Shown here: in pieces, positions 40,341 through 46,838 of the stretch
Position numbering within the stretch: position 1 is the stretch's first letter
Layout of the letters: each line of letters opens with the position of its first letter
Origin: Clostridia bacterium
GTDB taxonomy: Bacteria > Bacillota > Clostridia > UBA1212 > UBA1255
Assembly: GCA_017963755.1 (NCBI GenBank)
Contig: JAGCTF010000174.1
Location: forward strand, 1-46,838
Length of the DNA: 46,838 bases
Direction of reading: 5' to 3'
Translations under genes and position numbers: made by a program
The notes under the pieces: model-generated
Told to the model about the DNA's origin: nothing
The model's database searches: none
The model's input: the letters and a program-made list of their open reading frames with translations, nothing else

Positions 40341-43300
40341 TTGCACGATTTTATTCATCTACACGTCCATACAGAGTACAGCCTGCTTGACGGAGCATGC
40401 AGGATAAAAGAACTTTGCCGCAAGGCGGCAGAGTACGGTATGAGCTCACTTGCCATAACCGATCACGGCGTAATGTACGGCACGGTCGATTTTTACGAGG
40501 CGTGCATTGATGCCGGTATAAAGCCTATTATAGGCTGCGAAGTATATACTGCCGCAAGGACCAGATTCGATAAGGATCCAATGCTCGATTCAGAATACGG
40601 TCATCTGATATTGCTCGCAGAAAACGACGAAGGCTACCATAATCTGATCAAAATAGTTTCAGCTTCTTTTACCGAAGGATTTTATTACAAGCCCCGCACG
40701 GACAGGGAGCTTCTTAAACAGTATTCAAAAGGCATCATTGCGTGTTCTGCGTGCCTTAAAGGCGACGTCCCTCAGCTGTTATTAGCTGGAGATTACGAAG
40801 GCGCGAAGAAATGTGCGCTCGGATTTGCTGAAATTTTCGGTAAGGACAATTATTTCCTTGAACTTCAATCCAACGGCCTGCCCGAGCAGCTTACCGTAAA
40901 CAGCGGTCTTCTTCGCCTGTCAAAAGAGACGGGCATCGGGCTGGTGGCAACGAACGACGTGCATTATATCGATCCTTCCGATGCCAGGACTCAGGACGTT
41001 CTAATGTGCATCCAGACCGGAAAAAAGATCGCCGACGAGAACAGAATGAAATTTTCCACTAATACCGTCTATCTGCGCTCGAAGGAGGAAATGAATGAAC
41101 TCTTCAGGAACGTACCGGAGGCACTCGACAATACTTGCAGGATCGCTGAACGGTGCAACGTTAAACTTCATTTCGGCCGCCCCGTCCTGCCTGTGTTTGA
41201 TATTCCGGGAGGCCTCAGCGCGGAGGAATATCTCCGGAAGCTTTCATTCGAAGGAGCTTATGAACGTTACGGCGCTAAACTGCCTGACCCGGTTAAAGAA
41301 AGACTCGAATATGAGCTCGGGATCATAAGCCGCATGGGCTATTGTGAATATTACCTTATCGTATGGGACTTCATCAGATTTGCGAAAGAAAACGGCATAA
41401 AAGTCGGTCCCGGGAGAGGCTCCGGTGCAGGATCGATCGCCGCATACTGCCTGAAGATCACAAATATTGACCCGCTCAAATTCAATCTCGCTTTCGAACG
41501 CTTCCTTAACCCTGAACGTGTCAGCATGCCTGATTTTGACGTTGACTTCAGCGACGAGCACAGGAAAGACGTTATAGATTACGTTATCCGCAAGTACGGA
41601 TCGGACAGAGTCGCTCAGATCGTCACTTTCGGAACTCTGGCGGCAAGGGCGGCGATACGCGACGTCGGCCGCGTTCTCGACGTTCCTTATGCAAAAGTTG
41701 ATGCTGCGGCGAAGCTTATACCGTTCTCCGCCGGACCTGCGCGGCTGTCGATCCCGCAGGCGATCGGGTCAAATCCCGAACTTAAACAGCTTTATGATTC
41801 CGATGCGCAGATAAAAGAAATGCTTGACACGGCTGCCAAGATCGAAGGCGCGCCCAGAAACTGCTCGACTCACGCGGCGGGCGTCGTGCTTACGGAAAAA
41901 CCTGTCACCGACTACGTGCCCGTACATAAAAGCGGAGATATCGTCGCGACTCAGTTTCCCATGGCTGTGCTTGAAAAGATCGGTCTGCTGAAAATAGACT
42001 TTCTCGGACTGAGAACGCTTTCCGTCATACAGGACGCGCAGCAGATGGTCTTCGATAATTACGGGGTGAATATAGATTTCGACGAAATGACCCACGACGA
42101 TCCGAAGGTTTTTTCAGTAATTAAAGCCGGCCGGACTTCGGGCATATTCCAGCTTGAAAGCAGAGGTATGACGCGATTCCTCACTGAACTGAAACCCGAT
42201 TCGCTCGAAGACATTATCGCAGGGATCGCGCTCTACAGGCCGGGCCCCATGGACCAGATCCCGAGATACATAGAGAACAAAAAAGATCCTTCAAAGATCA
42301 CTTATGAGACGCCCGAACTGGAACCGATACTCAACGTAACGTACGGGTGCATCGTATATCAGGAGCAGGTGATGCAGATATTCCGCGACCTTGCCGGGTA
42401 TACTATGGGTGCTTCCGATCTTGTCCGGCGCGCGATGGCCAAAAAGAAACACGACGTAATGGAAAAAGAACGCGGCAGGTTTATTGACGGCACTAAACAG
42501 CGCGGGATCAGCGAAAGCGCGGCAGTGGCAATATTTGACCGCATGGCCGACTTTGCCAGTTACGCTTTCAATAAAGCACACGCCGCGTGCTATGCCGTTG
42601 TCGCATACGAAACAGCGTTTCTTAAAACATATTATCCTGCTGAATTTATGGCAGGTATTATGAACAGCCTCGTTAACTGGCCGGAGCGCGTAGCGGTTTA
42701 TATAAACGAATGCAGGCAGATGAAGATCGGCATACTTCCGCCCGACATAAATGCCGGCCAGGTGCGCTTTACTGTTAAAGAAGGCAGTATAGTATATGCT
42801 CTGGGTGCGATAAAGAACGTGGGGCTCAGAAGCGTTGAGCAGTTAGTGGCGATACGCGAGCAGGGCGGGCCTTTCAGTTCTTTTTACGATTTTTGCGTAC
42901 GTACCGTTAATACCGACATAAATAAGCGCACTGTAGAAAGTATGATAAAAGCGGGCGCATTCGATTCGATGGGATATTCCAGACGTGCGCTTCTGTTCTC
43001 ATATGAAGAACTGATGGACAATGCATCGATGTCCAACCGTTCACGCGCGCAGGGGCAGCTTTCGCTTTTCGACAGTTCGGACGAGGACAAGCTGAATAAC
43101 GACGCGGTCAAGCCTCTTTCGGAATTTGAAAACAGCGAACTTCTGTCAATGGAAAAAAGCGTTCTCGGTCTTTATCTGACAGGTCATCCGCTCCAGTCGT
43201 ATTTTCAGGACCTTTCGAGGATCTGTACGCTTAATTCCGCTGACCTTTACACGTCTGAAGAGGGCGGAACTGCCGAACTCGGAGGCAATTCTCTGAAAGA

Positions 43301-43793
43301 CGGAGATGAAGTGGTTATCGCCGGAATTATTACGTCGATCAAAAAGAAGACAACGAAGAGTAATACCGTTATGGCATTTCTTACCGTTGAGGATCTGTTC
43401 GGTAGTTTCGAAGTTATTCTGTTCCCGAAAACGTATGAAAAGTACGGAAAACTGATATCTCCTGACATGATCGCGGTTTTTAACGGGCGTCTGAACGTGC
43501 GCGAAGACGAAGAACCTAATATATACTGTTCCGCGGTTTCTCCTATAGATTCATTTAAAGTGAAAAACGATACGGGATTTGCGAGAGAAAGCGGAAAAGA
43601 TTTTTACGTAAGGCCGTCAAAGTTAGAAGCGGTAAAGGCGTTCTGCGGATTCTTTTCTTCGGGAGGAAGAACTGAAGAGATAAGGGTATTTACGATAGGA
43701 AATGACGGTAGCAGGAGCCCGGAACCTGCCGCAAAATTCAATATCATGTTCAACAGCGATATCAAAACAGCGCTTGAATCTATATGCAGCTGA
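40341..43793 (+). CDS. dnaE: DNA polymerase III alpha subunit (DnaE type)
   Basis: PHP domain 'FIHLHVHTEYSLLDG', 'GPGRGSGAGSIAAYCLKITNIDP' and 'PDFDVDF'. The protein is 1150 aa with a TTG start and a GGAG RBS. Confidence 0.95.
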   Translation: MHDFIHLHVHTEYSLLDGACRIKELCRKAAEYGMSSLAITDHGVMYGTVDFYEACIDAGIKPIIGCEVYTAARTRFDKDPMLDSEYGHLILLAENDEGYHNLIKIVSASFTEGFYYKPRTDRELLKQYSKGIIACSACLKGDVPQLLLAGDYEGAKKCALGFAEIFGKDNYFLELQSNGLPEQLTVNSGLLRLSKETGIGLVATNDVHYIDPSDARTQDVLMCIQTGKKIADENRMKFSTNTVYLRSKEEMNELFRNVPEALDNTCRIAERCNVKLHFGRPVLPVFDIPGGLSAEEYLRKLSFEGAYERYGAKLPDPVKERLEYELGIISRMGYCEYYLIVWDFIRFAKENGIKVGPGRGSGAGSIAAYCLKITNIDPLKFNLAFERFLNPERVSMPDFDVDFSDEHRKDVIDYVIRKYGSDRVAQIVTFGTLAARAAIRDVGRVLDVPYAKVDAAAKLIPFSAGPARLSIPQAIGSNPELKQLYDSDAQIKEMLDTAAKIEGAPRNCSTHAAGVVLTEKPVTDYVPVHKSGDIVATQFPMAVLEKIGLLKIDFLGLRTLSVIQDAQQMVFDNYGVNIDFDEMTHDDPKVFSVIKAGRTSGIFQLESRGMTRFLTELKPDSLEDIIAGIALYRPGPMDQIPRYIENKKDPSKITYETPELEPILNVTYGCIVYQEQVMQIFRDLAGYTMGASDLVRRAMAKKKHDVMEKERGRFIDGTKQRGISESAAVAIFDRMADFASYAFNKAHAACYAVVAYETAFLKTYYPAEFMAGIMNSLVNWPERVAVYINECRQMKIGILPPDINAGQVRFTVKEGSIVYALGAIKNVGLRSVEQLVAIREQGGPFSSFYDFCVRTVNTDINKRTVESMIKAGAFDSMGYSRRALLFSYEELMDNASMSNRSRAQGQLSLFDSSDEDKLNNDAVKPLSEFENSELLSMEKSVLGLYLTGHPLQSYFQDLSRICTLNSADLYTSEEGGTAELGGNSLKDGDEVVIAGIITSIKKKTTKSNTVMAFLTVEDLFGSFEVILFPKTYEKYGKLISPDMIAVFNGRLNVREDEEPNIYCSAVSPIDSFKVKNDTGFARESGKDFYVRPSKLEAVKAFCGFFSSGGRTEEIRVFTIGNDGSRSPEPAAKFNIMFNSDIKTALESICS

Positions 43794-44615
43794 TCAATGC
43801 TTTAACGAGGCTGCGATCGCAACTATTCCCGAAATAACCGGCTGATGCAGCAGATAAATTATCAGGCTGTGCCGTCCTATAAACGAAAGGATCCTGATTG
43901 GCAGGGCTTTAGAGGGTACTTTCGGAAGAAGCGAGACCTGTTTCCTGTAAAGTGTTCTGCCTAAGAATACGCCTGTAATGAACCATCCGAGATGTGGAAG
44001 TACAGGGAAATAGTCTCCCGTAACGAATCCGTAAGGAATAAATCCGAAGATGGCAAGTATTCTGGCAAAACCGTTAAGGTCGTATGCTCTTTTTGTTATA
44101 ATATATCCGCTTACGATCAGTATTACGGCAACGACAGGAAGCAGGAATAACGGTAACTTTTTGATGAGTCCGTACAAGATCATACAGAAACCCAGAAGAT
44201 GCAATATGCCCCAGTATATAACGATATCTTTCCCGGCAAGCCCGGTAAGATACATGACGTAAGTGACCCACGTGATCACGAAGCCTGCGCCGAGAACGAT
44301 GAATCCGCGCTTTAAAAAGCTGTGCCCCAGAGTGACGCAGATACCTGAAAGAATGATGAAAAGAACGCCTCCGTTTTCCTGTATGAAATCGAACCAGGCG
44401 GGGGTCTTAACGTTCATATCGAGAAAGTAAGTCAGATCAAATATGAGGTGGACAATAACTACTCCTATTATTGCGATTCCGCGAAAGGCGTCAAGTTCCC
44501 ATATTCTTTCTTTTCTTACCTGATTAAGTTCATCCGGTTGCGCGGCGGCAACGTCATTCTGTGAGATCTTTTCCATTTTCGTTCTTCCGTGTGAGCCGTT
44601 TGTTTTTTCCTTCAT
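43794..44615 (-). CDS. DUF1624 / heparan-alpha-glucosaminide N-acetyltransferase-like integral membrane protein
   Basis: 'RIWELDAFRGIAIIGVVIVHL' matches the family's R..xlD..RG.a...M...H opening, followed by ~8 TM helices. The start is 44615 or 44576. Confidence 0.7.
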   Translation of the reverse strand: MKEKTNGSHGRTKMEKISQNDVAAAQPDELNQVRKERIWELDAFRGIAIIGVVIVHLIFDLTYFLDMNVKTPAWFDFIQENGGVLFIILSGICVTLGHSFLKRGFIVLGAGFVITWVTYVMYLTGLAGKDIVIYWGILHLLGFCMILYGLIKKLPLFLLPVVAVILIVSGYIITKRAYDLNGFARILAIFGFIPYGFVTGDYFPVLPHLGWFITGVFLGRTLYRKQVSLLPKVPSKALPIRILSFIGRHSLIIYLLHQPVISGIVAIAASLKH

Positions 44616-44797
44616 TTACGGAACGGCAGGATGATATTATCATAAATTTACTGTTTTGTGAAGTAGAGCCCGGGTCGTTTATTTAAACCCTATAATATAA
44701 AATATATATTATGTATCACTTTTGAAATTATGCTCAAAATTTGCGTCAAAAAAGCAAATAAATAAAGAAAATGTCGAAATTTGTCGATAAAAAGTTG

Positions 44798-44826
44798 TTG
44801 CGTTTTTGCCAGCTCGATTGTATAAT
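44798..44826 (+). promoter_or_regulatory. sigma-A-like promoter of the terminal locus
   Basis: TTGCGT (44798-44803), a 17-nt spacer, then TATAAT (44821-44826). A TGTCGA direct repeat at 44772-44777 and 44782-44787 lies just upstream. Confidence 0.45.
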
Positions 44827-44872
44827 CATAACGCAGCATGATCGAAGAAAAATAACCAGCGGGGTGTATACG

Positions 44873-45067
44873 ATGAACACATTGGAAACAGCCTTAATAT
44901 GGCCTGTTATTTTTATTGTTTTCACAGCAGGAATGATCCTCGGGATCATAACAGCGCAGGTTTCGTTTAAACAAATTGAGCACTACGGTGAAGAAAACAG
45001 CAGTTTTTCGCCGGCAGACGTCAGGAGGATCGTGGAGGTCGTATATGAGACGATTGATGATATTTAA
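44873..45067 (+). CDS. small membrane-anchored protein, TadE/pseudopilin-like N-terminus (tentative)
   Basis: The 64-aa protein 'MNTLETALIWPVIFIVFTAGMILGIITAQ' has a polar N-terminus with Glu followed by a hydrophobic helix, as in TadE-like/type IV pilin-like proteins. A GGGG RBS is present. The ORF-track start at 44771 lies upstream of the predicted promoter. Confidence 0.45.
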   Translation: MNTLETALIWPVIFIVFTAGMILGIITAQVSFKQIEHYGEENSSFSPADVRRIVEVVYETIDDI

Positions 45068-46838
45068 TAATAATGGGTTTATAACAGTGCCCGCAGCATT
45101 GATCCTCGCAGTAACATGTCTGTTCGACCTTGTCCTTGCGGATGCCGCGTCCCTGGTTTCGGCTAAATATTTCTACGATCAGCGGGCGTCTTTGGCATTA
45201 GAAAGTATTCTGGCTTCATACGACAGCGTACTGTTTGAGAAATACGACCTGTTAGGCCTTAACCTGTCTCATTATACTGAAGCGGAAACTGATTTTATAA
45301 AATATATCAGTGAACCGGTTCGCGGTGACGTTATATCTTTTTCGAGGCTTCACAGAAGAGATTATGAACTGAGTTTTCTTGACTCGTTTGCCAGACCTGA
45401 CGGGCTCAAAGATGCTATCTGTTCGCATATGAAATATAAGAGCGTTGCCAATGGAGCAGTTTACATCGGTCAGGCACTCGGCCTGATCAAGGACGCCGGT
45501 GAAATGACTGGCGCCGCCGCAGACGTTGCAGAAGGAGAAAAGATACTGTCAGATGCTAAAGAGGAACTTGAAGACTTAAAAATCAAGATAAATGGACTTT
45601 TCAGCGGTGATTCATTTTGCGTGAACGGGTACGTTAACAGGAAATATCTTTTCTTGCTGTCGGAAGGACGTCTGATCTCAAAAGCGGTCACACTTGACTC
45701 TTTTACCGACGGAGCGTCACTGATACGGGAAGCACTTGAAGCGTTTAATTCATTGCTTTTTGTGTACCGCGGACTGAATACAGATGCTTATAATATTATT
45801 TCAGATCTTAAAAACAAAGCGGGGCAGATCGAAAAATGTGCTGAAAGAGCGGAATCCAGGCTGTTTGATATAAGCGATGAAAGTACGAAAAACTCTTTGA
45901 AAAAAAGTATTGCAAAGCTGAGAGCTGAAGCGACAGTACTGGGGAACGACGGACTTGTTGACCCGCTTAATAATAACGTTGAAGAGCTGAATAAACGGAG
46001 CGGTTATATCTCCGAAAATATACTGATGGTCGATGCAGTTTACTCTGCTTCGGGCGAGCGGCTTCCTGATATCGACAACGATATTGACATTTCTAAATTT
46101 TCGGAAAATCTGATCAACGCGCTTGATGATACCGGAATCAGAACAGATCTTAGGGTGGATGCGTTTTATAACGCGCCGGATGAAAATCTGATCGAATTCG
46201 ATTCGCGCAAAAAGAAACTTGAAGACCTTAACATATATTCTTCCGATTCGTATGTTGTCCCTGACTCAGTATATGCCACGCTTCCTTCGGTTAAAGCGGA
46301 CGTACAGAGCCAAGGGTTCGAGCTGTTTGATTCTTTTCAAGACGCGGACGGGTTTATACATAAACTGACCGGCGCTTCAGAGCCGTACACTTTAAAAGAA
46401 GCGGGCGAGGATCTTTTAAATAAATATCTGATCTGCGACTACGCGTCGTCGTATTTATCGGATATAAGCCAGAAGACAGCTTCGGCGGTAGGTAATGATT
46501 TTATATGCGAAAAGGAGTACGTTCTGGGAGGACATAAAGAAAGCGAAGAGAATATTAAAACTGTTTCTAATCTATTGCTGGGGATCAGATTCATATTTAA
46601 TTTCGTGCATTGCTACAATGATGAAGTGAAGCACGGATTCGCATCTGAGATCGGAAACGCTATTGCCGCCGCGCTTACCGGAGGCGCCGGAGGAGAATTG
46701 TTCGCGATACTGATAATCGGAGCATGGTCGCTCGCTGAATCTTATATTGACGTAAAGGAACTCAGAAGCGGATACAAAGTTCCTGTGGTAAAGACTGAAA
46801 AGACGTGGAAAAGTTCGATCGACGGGCTGATAAGCTTG
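45045..46838 (+). CDS. large N-terminally membrane-anchored protein, 3'-truncated by the window (598 codons seen); DUF5702/TadG-like (tentative)
   Basis: This ORF is absent from the supplied track because it has no stop in the window. ATG 45045 is preceded by GGAGG (45034-45038), and I hand-translated the frame as open through nt 46838. The N-terminal anchor reads 'GFITVPAALILAVTCLFDLVLA'; a coiled-coil-like middle follows; the C-terminal region has 'CEKEYVLGGHKESEENIKTVSNLLLGIRFIFNFVHCY'. It overlaps the preceding small gene by 23 nt. Confidence 0.75.
   Translation, partial: MRRLMIFNNNGFITVPAALILAVTCLFDLVLADAASLVSAKYFYDQRASLALESILASYDSVLFEKYDLLGLNLSHYTEAETDFIKYISEPVRGDVISFSRLHRRDYELSFLDSFARPDGLKDAICSHMKYKSVANGAVYIGQALGLIKDAGEMTGAAADVAEGEKILSDAKEELEDLKIKINGLFSGDSFCVNGYVNRKYLFLLSEGRLISKAVTLDSFTDGASLIREALEAFNSLLFVYRGLNTDAYNIISDLKNKAGQIEKCAERAESRLFDISDESTKNSLKKSIAKLRAEATVLGNDGLVDPLNNNVEELNKRSGYISENILMVDAVYSASGERLPDIDNDIDISKFSENLINALDDTGIRTDLRVDAFYNAPDENLIEFDSRKKKLEDLNIYSSDSYVVPDSVYATLPSVKADVQSQGFELFDSFQDADGFIHKLTGASEPYTLKEAGEDLLNKYLICDYASSYLSDISQKTASAVGNDFICEKEYVLGGHKESEENIKTVSNLLLGIRFIFNFVHCYNDEVKHGFASEIGNAIAAALTGGAGGELFAILIIGAWSLAESYIDVKELRSGYKVPVVKTEKTWKSSIDGLISL

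Noticed and set aside
1-46838. A search by eye for CRISPR arrays, tRNA/rRNA genes, IS elements or terminal inverted repeats, integrases, riboswitch or T-box leaders, and long nucleotide-level repeats
   Set aside because: I found none. The intergenic regions are short, and those longer than 100 nt (1361-1521, 7348-7479, 13780-13941, 32189-32375, 35157-35319, 44616-44872) contain only promoter or terminator-type elements, plus rnpB. This was a manual scan, so small or degenerate elements could have been missed. tRNAscan, Infernal/Rfam and a repeat finder would settle it.

Overview
This is a 46.8-kb chromosomal segment that reads like an anaerobic, saccharolytic Gram-positive (Clostridia-type) bacterium. 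That call is an inference from lipobox lipoproteins, GGAGG-type RBSs, a split transketolase, a DnaE-type Pol III alpha and a type-A RNase P RNA; nothing here allows a firm taxonomic assignment. I can support 35 protein genes (32 on the + strand, many translationally coupled), one ncRNA (rnpB, 35320-35662), three intrinsic terminators and a few sigma-A-like promoters. I saw no rRNA, tRNA, CRISPR array, transposase or integrase.

Layout, left to right:
- 1-3000: an accessory-looking, by eye more AT-rich stretch with a KNTase-like nucleotidyltransferase and a 480-aa protein built from two different tandem duplications.
- 3034-6470: a Gfo/Idh/MocA oxidoreductase plus a compact two-gene AmmeMemoRadiSam system (LigB/Memo-like::AMMECR1 fusion and a radical SAM enzyme).
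- 6493-13779: an AraC regulator divergent from two large lipoprotein glycosidases (an unclassified GH-like protein, and a GH3 with a discoidin/CBM32 domain).
- 13942-23562: small redox genes, a LOG protein overlapping a cytoplasmic GH-like protein, then an envelope/esterase/FAD-oxidoreductase operon.
- 23582-32255: an IclR-controlled, 7-gene, tightly coupled catabolic operon. It mixes IolE/IolG/IolD/IolA-like enzymes with a split transketolase and an RpiB-family isomerase, and has no kinase, aldolase or transporter. This is the best candidate for undescribed biology.
- 32376-35156: a second, membrane-anchored paralog of the unclassified GH-like protein.
- 35320 to the end: rnpB, a lipoprotein with a degenerate transglutaminase core, a zinc-ribbon membrane protein pair, phosphoglucomutase, dnaE, a DUF1624-type membrane acyltransferase, and the start of a possible Tad/Flp-pilus-associated locus. 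The long ORF in that locus runs off the window and is missing from the supplied ORF track.
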